This document shows, piece by piece, positions 46,101 through 59,000 of a stretch of 64,000 bases of DNA (its first letter is position 1; the number at the start of each line of letters is the position of its first letter). The notes beneath the pieces are model-generated. The model was not told the DNA's origin, ran no database searches, and saw only the letters and a list, made by a program, of their open reading frames with translations. This DNA is from Ranitomeya imitator. Taxonomy: Eukaryota. The position numbers were made by a program, and so were the translations under genes. The stretch spans positions 27,590,001 through 27,654,000 of the forward strand of contig NC_091283.1 in NCBI RefSeq assembly GCF_032444005.1, in the 5' to 3' direction.

Positions 46101-49100
46101 TTGCTACAATGTATCATTCCAGAATTCACAGAGCATTGTCCAACCTGGATACAATTCTAACAACTTATCAGCAAGAGTCGCCAGAAGTCTTATTCACTGA
46201 CAGCATGCACACAGCCAGGTACAGTCAGAAGTCTTATTCACTGACAGCATGCACACAGCCGGGTACAGTCAGAAGTCTTATTCACTGACAGCATGCACAC
46301 AGCCGGGTACAGTCAGAAGTCTTGTTCACTGACAGCATGCACACAGCCGGGTACAGTCAGAAGTCTTATTCACTGACAGCATGCACACAGCCGGGTACAG
46401 TCAGAAGTCTTATTCACTGACAGCATGCACACAGCCGGGTACAGTCAGAAGTCTTATTCACTGACAGCATGCACACAGCCGGGTACAGTCAGAAGTCTTA
46501 TTCACTGACAGCATGCACACAGCCGGGTACAGTCAGAAGTCTTGTTCACTGACAACATGCACACAGCCGGGTACAGTCAGAAGTCTTGTTCACTGACAGC
46601 ATGCACACAGCCGGGTACAGTCAGAAGTCTTGTTCACTGACAGCATGCACACAGCCAGGTACAGTCAGAAGTCTTGTTCACTGACAGCATGCACACAGCC
46701 AGGTACAGTCAGAAGTCTTATTCACTGACAGCATGCACACAGCCGGGTACAGTCAGAAGTCTTGTTCACTGACAGCATGCACACAGCCGGGTACAGTCAG
46801 AAGTCTTGTTCACTGACAGCATGCACACAGCCGGGTACAATCAGAAGTCTTGTTCACTGACAGCATGCACATAGCCAGGTACAGTCAGAAGTCTTGTTCA
46901 CTGACAGCATGCACACAGCCGGGTACAGTCAGAAGTCTTGTTCACTGACAGCATGCACACAGCCGGGTACAGTCAGAAGTCTTGTTCACTGACAGCGTGC
47001 ACACAGCCAGGTACAGTCAGAAGTCGCACACAGCCGGGTACAGTCAGAAGTCTTGTTCACTGACAGCATGCACACAGCCAGGTACAGTCAGAAGTCTTAT
47101 TCACTGACAGCATGCACACAGCCGGGTACAGTCAGAAGTCTTATTCACTGACAGCATGCACACAGCCAGGTACAGTCAGAAGTCTTATTCACTGACAGCA
47201 TGCACAAAGCCGGGTACAGTCAGAAGTCTTGTTCACTGACAACATGCACACAGCCGGGTACAGTCAGAAGTCTTGTTCACTGACAGCATGCACACAGCCG
47301 GGTACAGTCAGAAGTCTTATTCACTGACAGCATGCACACAGCCGGGTACAGTCAGAAGTCTTGTTCACTGACAACATGCACACAGCCGGGTACAGTCAGA
47401 AGTCTTGTTCACTGACAGCATGCACACAGCCGGGTACAGTCAGAAGTCTTATTCACTGACAGCATGCACACAGCCGGGTACAGTCAGAGTTCAGCAGACT
47501 CCCGGGATGGGACAACCACTGACGGCCATAATCATCCCATTATCTGAGACGGCGGGTCAGTGACACAGGGGACGGTGCGTTACCTGCAGGGAGCCGGCAC
47601 TGCGCAGGTACACACTGTATATGACACCGTCCCGCTCCTCGTCTCCCTCATGCTGCAAGACCTGGAAGAAACACAACATAAATCACACTGAGGACAGGAG
47701 CGAAGTCCGCCAGGAGCCCAATGCACCAACCTGCAGCCATCGCATCATGCATCACAAGCCCCGCGGACACCTCACCTTTCCGGGCAGAAGGTACCACGTC
47801 GTCTTAGAGGCGGCACAGGGACCTCCCCGTGACAGACAGCTCAGGGCCACATTCATAGAAAGGAAACCAGCTGCTGAGGGAGGGAAGGACGAGCGGGCGG
47901 AGGGGCGCACGGGGAACACGGGGTTAAAGATACAGGCAAAAAGTCAAAATCAGAAAAGAAAGAACAGGAGATGAACGCAAAAGGGTTAATGCTAAAATAT
48001 TCAGCTACAAGAATAATCTGTGTAGCCCAGGTGTCTGCACTTCCGGAAAAAGACACGTGTTCCTACAGGTAAATATAGTGTGCAGCCGCTACGCCCTACA
48101 GAACCGGTTCCTGCTGTGAAAATTCATAGGCACACAGTGTCTGCACGTACAGTGTACAGCCGGGGCAAGGGGCACACTACAGTATACCACCAGGGCGAGG
48201 GGCACACTACAGTATACCACCAGGGCGATGGGCACGCTACAGTATACCGCTGGGGGGCACACTACAGTATACCAACGGGGCAAGGGGCACACTACAGTAT
48301 ACCACCAGGGCAAGGGGCACACTACAGTATACCACCAGGGCGAGGGGCACGCTACAGTATACCGCTGGGGGGCACACTACAGTATACCGCTGGGGGGCAA
48401 GGGGCACACTACAGTATACCACCAGGGCGAGGGGCACACTACAGTATACCACCAGGGCAAGGGGCACACTACAGTATACCACCAGGGCAAGGGGCACACT
48501 ACAGTATACCGCCGGGGCATGGGGCACACTACAGTATACCGCCGGGGCAAGGGGCACACTACAGTATACCGCCGGGGCAAGGGGCACACTACAGTATACC
48601 GCCGGGGCATGGGGCACACTACAGTATACCGCCGGGGCAAGGGGCACACTACAGTATACCACCAGGGCAAGGGGCACACTACAGTATGCCACCAGGGCAA
48701 GGGGCACACTACAGTATACCGCTGGGGGGCACACTACAGTATACCGCCGGGGCAAGGGGCACACTACAGTATACCACCAGGGCAAGGGGCACACTACAGT
48801 ATGCCACCAGGGCAAGGGGCACACTACAGTATACAGCCGGGGCACGTCAATATGAGCAGCCATCGGAAAAAGGATTATTTATTTAAAAAAAAAAGTCACA
48901 AATCTGAGAGAATCCAATAAAGAAAAAAAACAAGAACAAAGGTAGAGCCCGTTGTGATCTTTCCATGAATACCTTGTACGCTCGGCTCATCCTGTCCTGG
49001 GGCAGTGGTGATGGCGGAGGGGCCCTATGGCCGGGCTCTCACAATGCTGGATGTACAGGGGCCTCCGCCCGCCTCCCAATTACAGCCCACACACAGCTGA

Positions 49101-50003
49101 GGAGCTGCTGACTTTCCTTCATGGATCCTGGCCTGATTTCCAGCTGGATTACCTTATAGCCGCCATTCACCCAAAGGGGAAGTGGGAATTGTGCGGATCT
49201 GTGAGCGAGTGCTGCGATGTTCGGTCGGGGATGGCCGCACTTGTGACCAGTGTGAACGCTCCTCTACTCCCGGATTTCAGGATGTACATTTATTCCACGT
49301 GTCCACATCTTGGTGAGGAGGGTCGGTTCCCATTGTCAGACTGTTAGGCCGGGGTCACACTTGTGAGTGCAATGCGAGTAACTCGCCTCAACACCCGGCA
49401 CTCGGGACCGGACTGTGCGGCTCCATGTATTTCTAAACAGCTGAACGCCTCGAACCTACCAGTGCCGGTATGGAGGCGAGAGACTCCCACATGTTTCTCG
49501 CATTGCACTCGCAGGAGACCCCTTAGAAGGACAAATGCGCCTTTTGCAGGTTTTCAGTAATGAGATTAATGGTTCAGTTTACGATGTGATTCTAAATAGG
49601 AAATTATATTTACATTATAACTATATGCTTTAACCCCTTAATGACCCCAGCTTTTTTCGGTTTTGCGTTTTCGTTTTTCGCTCACCTCCTTCCTAGAGCC
49701 ATAACTTTTTTTTATATTTTCCTGTCAATATGGCCATGTGAGGGCTTGTTTTTTGTGGGACAAGTTGTACTTTTGAACGACATCATTGGTTTTAGCATGT
49801 CTTGTACTAGAAAACGGGAAACAAATTCCAAGCGAATAAAGTGCAATCCCACACTTGTTTTCTTGTTTGTCTTTTTTGCCAGGTCCACTAAATGATAAAA
49901 CTGAGCTGCCATTATGATTCTCCAGGTCATTACGAGTTCATAGACACCAAACATGTCTAGGTTATTTTTTATCTAAGTGGTGAAAAAAAAAATCCAAACT
50001 TTG

Positions 50004-50038
<35 letters not shown>

Positions 50039-53000
50039 CGCCATTTTCCGATACCCTTAGCGTCTCCATTTTTCGTGATCTGGGGTCGGGTGAGGGCTTA
50101 TTTTTTGCGTGCTCAGCTGGCATTTTTAATGATATCATATTGGTGCAAATTCAATCTTTTGATCGCCCGTTATTACATTTTAATGCAATATTGCGGCTAA
50201 CAAAAAAACGTAATTCTGGTGTTTCTAATTTTTTTCTCGCTACGCTGCTTAGCAATCAGGTTAATCCTTTTTTTTATTTATCAGGCAATATTGAACGCGC
50301 CGATACCAAATATGTGTAGGTTTGATTTTTTTTTTATTGTTTTTTTTTTGTTTGTTTTATTTTGAATGGGGCGAAAGGTAGGTGATTTAAACTTTTATAT
50401 TTTTTTATTTTTTTCATATTTTTTCAAAACAAATTTTTTTTTATTTTGCCATGCTTCAATAGTCTACATGGGAGGCTAGAAGCTGGCGCAACTCGATTGC
50501 CTCTGCTACATAGGAGCGACGCATAGATCGCCCCTATGTAGTACAATTTTCTTTTTCAATGAGCGCCGACCACAGGGTGGCGCTCATAGCAATCCGGCAT
50601 CAACAACCATAGAGGTCTTCAATAGACCTTGGTTGTCATGCTGATGCATCGCTGACCCCAATCATGTGACGGGGGTCAGCGATGCGCTCATTTCCGGCCC
50701 GATGGCCGGAAACGGTAGTTAAATGCCGCTGTCAGCGTTTGACAGCAGCATTTAACTAGTTAATAGCGGCGGGTAGATCGCGATTCCACTCGCCGCTATT
50801 GCAGGCACATATCAGTTGTACAAAACAGCTGACATGTCGCAGCTTTGATGCGGGCTCACCGCCGGAGCCCACATCAAAGCAGGGGATCCGACCTCGGACA
50901 TACTAAAGCGTCCGAGGTCAGGAAGGGGTTAATCGGTTATATAAATGTTAGCGGTGTGTCCAACACTGAAGCGAGTATTTCTTAGGCTGTTTTCACACAT
51001 CAGTTTTTTGCCATCAGTCACAATCCAACGATTTTTTGATAAAAACTGATCCGGCGAATGTTGCCGCCATATTTGTTTTTTTTCTCATAGACTTGTATTA
51101 GCGACGGATTGCGATGGATGACCTCACATTTCATCAGTCGATCACTGGTTCCGTCGAAAATTGTTTATCAAGCAGCCCCAGAAAACGGACATAGTAACAT
51201 TTTTGTTGTGTCCGTCAAAAAAACGGACGGCGACGGATCCGTCGCCGTCCATCGTTTGCTAGAATAGAAGCCTATGGATTCTGTTTTTTTTAACTGAGCA
51301 TGCTCCAATTTTTTATTTTTTATTTTTTTAATCCAATTAGATGGATCAGCTAGTCGGATCCGGCAAAAAAACGGGTCCGTCGCATCAGTTTTTCACAATC
51401 TGCGACGGATCAGTTTTTTTTTCAACATTCGACGGATTGTGACTGATGGCAAAAAACTGATGTGTGAAAGCTTATGGATCCACTGCATTCTGTGTATTGT
51501 GTAAGCGGCTCCAGTGCAGAGCTGCACTATATGGCGAGAACTACAGGGACCCTGGTCAGTGAGCTCAGCCCCTCACCACCCGGTGTATAACATCCGGCCC
51601 CTGGCCCCCGATGTATAGCATCAAGCCCCTGGCCCCCGGTGTATAGCATCAAGCCCCTGGCCCCCGATGTATAGCATCAAGCCCCTGGCCCCCGATGTAT
51701 AGCATCAAGCCCCTGGCCCCCGATGTATAACATCCGGCCCCTGGCCCCCGGTGTATAGCATCCAGCCCCTGGCCCCCCGATGTATAACATCCGGCCCCTG
51801 GCCCCCGGTGTATAGCATCCAGCCCCTGGCCCCCCGATGTATAGCATCCGGCCCCTGGTCCCCAGTGTATAACATCCGACCCTTCACCACCTGGTGTACA
51901 CTGCGTGCAGAATTATTAGGCAAGTTGTATTTTAGAGGATTATTTTTATTATTGATCAACAACGATGTTCCCAATCAACCCCAAAAGACTCGTAAATATC
52001 AAAGCTTAATATTTTTGGAAGTTGGAGTGTTTTTTTTTTTTAGATTTGGCGATCTTAGGAGGACATCTGTTTGTGCAGGTAACTATTACTGTGCAGAATT
52101 ATTAGGCAACTTAATAAAAACCAAATCTATTCCCACCTCACTTGTTTGTTTTCACCAGGTAAACCAATATAACTGCACAAAATTTAGAAATAAACATTTC
52201 TAACGTGCAAAAACCAAACCCCCCAAAATGAGTGACCAATATAGCCACCTTTCTTTATGATGACACTTGGCAGCCTCCATCCATAGATTCTGTCAGTTGT
52301 TTGATCTGTTTACGACCAACATTGCGTGCAGCGGCCACCACAGCCTCCAGACACTGCTCCGAGAGGTGGACTGTTCTCCCTCCCTGTAGATCTCACATTT
52401 TAAGAGGGACCACAGGTTCTCTATGGGGTTCAGATCAGGTGAACAAGGGGCCATGTCATTATTTTTTCTTCTTCGAGATCTTTACTGGCTAGCCACGCTG
52501 TGGAGTAGTTGGAGGCTGTGATGGAGCATTGTCCTGCATGAAAATCATGTTTTTCTTGAACGATACCGACTTCTTCCTGTACCACTGCTTGAAGAAGTCT
52601 TCCAGAAACTGGCAGTAGGTCTGGGAGTTGAGCTTCACCCCATCCTCAACCCGAAAAGGTCCCACAAGTTCATCTTTGATGATAGCAGCCCATACCAGTC
52701 CCCACCTCCAGCTTGCTGGCGTCTGAGTCGGAGTGGAGCTCTCTGCCCTTTACTGATCCAGCCTCTGGCCCATCCATCTGGCCCATCAAGAGTCACTCTC
52801 ATTTCATCAGTCCATAAAACCTTTGAAAAGTCAGTCTTAAGATATTTCTTGGCCCAGTCTTGACATTTTATCTTATGTTTCTTGTGCAGAGGTGGTCGTT
52901 TTTCAGCCTTCCTTACCTTGGCCATGTCCCTGAGTATCACACACCTTGTGCTTTTTGTTACTCCAGTAACGTTGCAGCTCTGAAATATGGCACAACTGGT

Positions 53001-56000
53001 GGCAAATGGCATCTTGGCAGCTTCACGCTTGATTTTCCTCAATTCATGGGCAGTTATTTTCCATCTTTTTTGCCCAACACGCTTCTTGTGACCCTGTTGG
53101 CTATTTGCCATGAAACGCTTGATTGTTCGGTGATCACGCTTCAAAAGTTTGGCAATTTCAACACTGCTGCCTCCCTCTGCAAGACAGCTCACAATTTTGG
53201 ACTTTTCAGAACCCGTCAAATCTCTCTTCTGACCCATTTTGCCAAAGGAAAGGAAGTTGCCTAATAATTAAGCACACCTTATATAGGGGTTTGATGTAAT
53301 TAGACAACACCCCTCCTCATTACAGAGATGCACATCACCTGATTTACTTAATTTGTAGTTGTCTCTCAAGCCTGAACAGCTTGGAGTAGGACAACATGTA
53401 TAAAAAGTATCATGTGATCCAAAAAACAACTTGCCTAATAATTCTGCACGCAGTGTATAACATGTGCTGTCCCACTCTACACACTGTGGTCTTCTGCCAG
53501 TGGCAGCTAATTGTTGGGGGCATCGGGTATTGGCCCCCTCCCCCGACAAAAAACAATCATCTGATCTATGGCAGCAGGAAGGTAGAAAAATAGACAATTA
53601 TTTATTTTCGGTGATTTAATGACCGTTCTTTTCAGAAGTGAAGAGAACCTTCTCTTATCAAGTCCAAGGTCTGATATCGTGTCATGGTGAGAGAGTCTGG
53701 GAGTGAAATGCGTCGTTTCCTGGGAATGATCCTGGATGTTCGGCGATGACCCTGACCGGATCCTTGATGTAGATTTCCATGTTACTGGCTTGTGATTAGG
53801 CCGATAATGCTGACGTCCGGAGCTCAGGGCTTATTCACAGCTCTGACGTTACATTACGGTAAGCGCCCAATGTAGTAATAACTAGTGGGCGAAGCTCGCC
53901 CCTCCCCCCCGCACCTCTCAGACTATTCTCTCAACACAGAGATGAAAGGGTTAAAGCTCCAAGGAGTCAATTGTTCAATTACAGGATATTAAGTAACAAT
54001 ATTAGCACTAATGACCATAAACGCAGTATAACCGTCGCAGTACGGATTCTCCATCCTATCCGACTATTTCCCAATAGGAGCGACGCCCTAATGTCCGCTG
54101 TGTGATCACTTCCCACAAACAGCGCTCACAACTACGAGGCCACACGAGGATGACTCTTCACCACGTTCCACTTAGGTTACAGGCGCTATCGGGGGTCACC
54201 GGTATTTCCCACTAGGCCACAAGTCCTCCGGGCAAAGTCAAGTAATGCTCTCGGGCCCTCCACACACTGGCCGGTTCCCGTCACATCTGCTGCACAGCCC
54301 TGGACCAAATCCTGTACCGTACATCAGCGTCAGAAGTAACGGCCGTTTCACTCTTGCCTCCGGATCACCAGAGCGAATGTCAACTTCTGGATGACGGCCC
54401 GCACTCTATCTTTGGTGCTTGATCTGAGACGGTTGACTATTGGGCCGTGACGAATAAGGGTTGGACTTCCAATCTTGACCGGCGTAGTCTGGATCCCAGG
54501 CCTTGACTGACTTCATCCGAATCTCGCTCACTGGCTCATGACGTCCCGCCTATCTCATTCTCCATGTGCGTCCCGGTGACTCGGCCATGGCGCCCCTCCG
54601 CGCACACTTATGTTCACTTGTTAGCGACAACTGACTCCGCCACTCCATGCCACTCCGTCACATGTGTCACCTTACCCGGTGCTCTCTTTTGATACATCCT
54701 TCCTGAAACACTTCTTCCATCCTTCAGTTCCGCTGGGTTCAGTTTGGACAGTAGGTGGTGATCTCCGGTCACAAATGCTGCACAACGATGGGGATCCTCA
54801 TTCTCCACGACGACCGCCTTTACATGTCCTGAGGGTTTTATCTACACGCATACACTTATTGAATAGAATCAGTCCAAGTGTTCTCGGTCTCCATTCACCC
54901 AGCCTGACTGACAGCTGCAGCTTGTACTGAGCAGTGTGAGATCTCAGCAGGGAGGAGGGATGCTGAGGGGCTGTCAACCAACTAGGTGGGTGGAGGAAGA
55001 GGATAAAGATTCAAATAGCGCTACACGGACAGTTTGACTGTAACAGTAAGTACACCAGCCTCGTCAGGTCTATAAGATCTATTTAACATTGTATACAGTT
55101 TAAATGATAAAATCTGATAACCTATTTGCTTTAAAGGAAACCTGTCATCATATTCATGCTGTCTGAACCACAGGCCCTGGTTGTACAACTGAAGCCAGAT
55201 ATGTTTTCAACATATTTTTAAAAGTTGTCCAGGGACTGTGTGTCCTCGATGACTAGCCCAAAGCTAGTCCCAGGTGACTATTCCGCACCCTTTGACTTCC
55301 AGGACTCTCCATATGTACACACGCAGGGAGAGACCTGTCAATCATTGAGATCAGAGCAGGAGAAGCCAGTCAGGGATCAGATTAGTCCCGTCTCTCCCTA
55401 TAGTCTCCGGACGGCTTTTCAAAAGATTTTCTCACAGCCATCACTGTACGTTAGTTTCCAATGTGCTGCACATACAGAATAAGGAATATCTGTAGAAGAG
55501 CTGGGCAAGCAAGATGGTGGGATACAAAGAGGAGGGCTGCAAAGAAAAGGGCTTTGTGGCTGTGATTTCTGGTAAAGGGACAAAGGACGTATTACACCAG
55601 CCCCGATGCTCTGACTGATGCTGCACCGATAGTAATCCACATATTTCTCGATATTTAATCTCAAATCACCTGGTGCAGAAAACCTGATCAGACACGGTTA
55701 ATTTAATAGTGACATCTTTTTATGTAAATCTCACAATCCAAACCTGATTTCCCTTATTATTTGTGGTCCCAAACTTGTCTAGGGCCCCAAGATAAATCCG
55801 GGAAGTGTAGAATATGCACAATATAATAATCTTAATAATAATCTTTATTTTTATATAGCGCTAACATATTCCGCAGCGCTTTACATTTTGCACACATTAT
55901 CATCACTGTCCCCGATGGGGCTCACAATCTAAATCAATATGAAATGTTTCAAGAAAATGTGCAGGATCTGTCATTCACTGTTTACACTATATCATCTGTT

Positions 56001-59000
56001 ACTTAATGTCACTCACAGTCATTCACTGCCACACTCAACACTATACAATACATAACACACATACATACATATACACATTATACATTACACACATACATAC
56101 TATATATTTATATTACACACATACATACTCTATACATTACACACATACATACTATATACAGTACAGACCAAAAGTTTGGACACACCTTCTCATTTAAAGA
56201 TTTTTCTGTATTTTCATGACTATGAAAATTGTACAATCACACTGAAGGCATCAAAACTATGAATTAACACATGTGGAATTATATACTTAACAAAAAAGTG
56301 TGAAACAACTGAAATTATGTCTTATATTCTAGGTTCTTCAAAGTAGCCACCTTCTGCTTTGATGACTGCTTTGCACACTCTTGGCATTCTCTTGATGAGC
56401 TTCAAGAGGTAGTCACCAGAAATGGTCTTCCAACAATCTTGAAGGAGTTCCCAGAGATGCTTTCACTCTGCGGTCCAGCTCACCCCAAACTATCTAAATT
56501 GGGTTCAGGTCTGGTGACTGTGGAGGCCAGGTCATCTGGCGTAGCACCCCATCACTCTCCTTCTTGGTCAAATAGCCCTTACACAGCCTGGAGGAATGTT
56601 TGGGGTCATTGTCCTATTGAAATATAAATGATGGTCCAACTAAACGCAAACCGGATGGAATAGCATGCCGCTGCAAGATGCTGTGGTAGCCATGCTGGTT
56701 CAGTATGCTTTCAAATTTTGAATAAATCACCAAGAGTGATCACCAGCAAAGCCCCCCCACACCATCACACCTCCTCCTCCATGCTTCATGGTGGGAATCA
56801 GGCATGTAGAGTCCATCCGTTCACCTTTTCTGCGTCACACAAAGACACGGTGGTTGGAACCAAAGATCTCAAATTTGGGCTCATCAGACCAAAGCACAGA
56901 TTTCCACTGGTCTAATGTCCATTCCTTGTGTTCTTTAGCCCAAACAAGTCTCTTCTGCTTGTTGCCTGTCCTTAGCAGTGGTTTCCTAGCAGCTTAACAG
57001 TTGTTGTAGAGATGTGTCTGCTGCTAGAACTCTGTGTGGCATTGACCTGGTCTCTAATCTGAGCTGCTGTTAACTTGCAATTTCTGAGGCTGGGGACTCA
57101 GATAAACTTATCCTCAGAAGCAGAGGTGACTCTTGGTCTTCCTTTCCTGGGGTGGTCCTCATGTGAACCAATTTATTTGTAGCGCTTGATGGTTTTTGCA
57201 AATGCACTTGGGGACACTTTCAAAGTTTTCCCAATTTTTCGGACTGACTGACCTTCATTTCTTAACCCCTAAGGGTGGTTTGCACTTTAATAACCGGGCC
57301 AATCTTTACAACTCTGACCACTGTCCCTTTATGAGGTTATAACTCTGGAACGCTTCAACGGATCCTGATGATTCTGACAGTGTTTTCTCGTGACATATTG
57401 TACTTAATGTAGTGGTAAAATTTCTTTGATATTACCTGCGTTTATTTATTAAAAAAAAAAAAAAAAAAAAATTTGGCGAAATTTAGAAAATTTCACGATT
57501 TTCCAACTTTGAATTTTTATGCCCTTAAATCACAGAGATATGTCACACAAAATACTTCATAAGTAACATTTCCCACATGTCTACTTTACATCAGCACAAT
57601 TTTGGAACCAAAATTTTTTTTTTGTTAGGGAGTTTATAAGGGTGAAAAGTTGACCAGCAATTTCTCATTTCTACAACACCATTTTTTTTAGGGACCACAT
57701 CTCATTTGAAGTCATTTTGAGGGGTCTATATGATAGAAAATACCAAAGTGTGACACCATTCTAAAAACTGCACCCCTCAAGGTGCTCAAAACCACATTCA
57801 AGAAGTTTATTAACCCTTCTGGTGCTTCACAGAAATGTTTTGAATGTTTAAATAAAAATGATACATATATGCTAGCCACCTTAGGGAGAGACCCAAGTTG
57901 GGCTAAATGTAGCGGGACGAAAGAGACCGAAAAGCCCTCTACTTAAAGGAAATACATAGTGGATGCTTTCCTGAAACGGAAAGTACTTGCAAGCAGCATA
58001 ATACAAAAATCTTTGTATTATGCTGCTTGCAAGTACTTTCCATTTCAGGAAAGCATCCACTAAATAAAAATGAACATTTAACTTTTTTTCACAAAAAATT
58101 TAATTCAGCTCCAATTTGTTTTATGTTACCAAGGGTAACAGGATAAAATGGACCCCAAAAGTTGTACAATTTGTCCTGAGTACGCCGATACCCCATATGT
58201 GGGGTTAAACCACTGTTTGGGCGCATGGCAGAGCTCAGAAGGGAAGGAGTGCCGTTTGACTTTTCAAAATTGACAGGAATTGAGATGGGACGCCATGTTG
58301 CGTTTGGAGAGCCCCTGATGTGCCTAAACATTGAAACCCCCCACAAATGACACCATTTTGGAAAGTAGACCCCCTAAGGAACTTATCTAGATGTGTGGTG
58401 AGCACTTTGACCCACCAAGTGCTTCACAGAAGTTTATAATGCAGAGCCATAAAAATAAATAATCATATTTTTTCACAAAAATCATCATTTTGCCCCACAT
58501 TTTTTTATTTTCCCAAAAGCAAGAGAAGAAATTGGACCCCAAAAGTTGTTGTGCAATTTGTCCTGAGTACGCCGATACCACATATGTGGGGGTAAACCAC
58601 TGTTTGGGCGCATGGCAGAGCTCGGAAGGGAAGGAGCGCTGTTTGAATTTTCAATGCAAAATTGACAGGAATTGAGATGGGACACCATGTTGCGTTTGGA
58701 GAGCCACTGATGTGCCTAAACATTGAAACCCTCCACAAGTGACACCATTTTGGAAAGTAGACCCCCTAAAGAACTTATCTAGATGTGTTGTGAGAGCTTT
58801 GAACCCCCAAGTGTTTCACTAGTTTAACGCAGAGCCATGAACATTTTTTTTTTCCCACAAATTATTTTTTTAGCCCCCAGTTTTGTATTTTCCCAAGGGT
58901 AACAGGAGAAATTGTCCAATTTGTCCTGAGTACGCTGATACCCCATATATGGGGGGGAACCACCGTTTGGGCACATGGCAGAGCTCAGAAGGGAAGGAGC

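Noticed and set aside
46182-47488. Regular 44-bp array superficially like a CRISPR array
   Set aside because: No unique spacers and no cas genes. It lies in a vertebrate intron.
48080-48920. 200-270-aa ORFs in several frames
   Set aside because: 30-bp tandem repeat with no splice or domain support.
53680-54629. Possible solo LTR (TGTC...GACA)
   Set aside because: No TSD, and no PBS or PPT. There is not enough evidence to call it.
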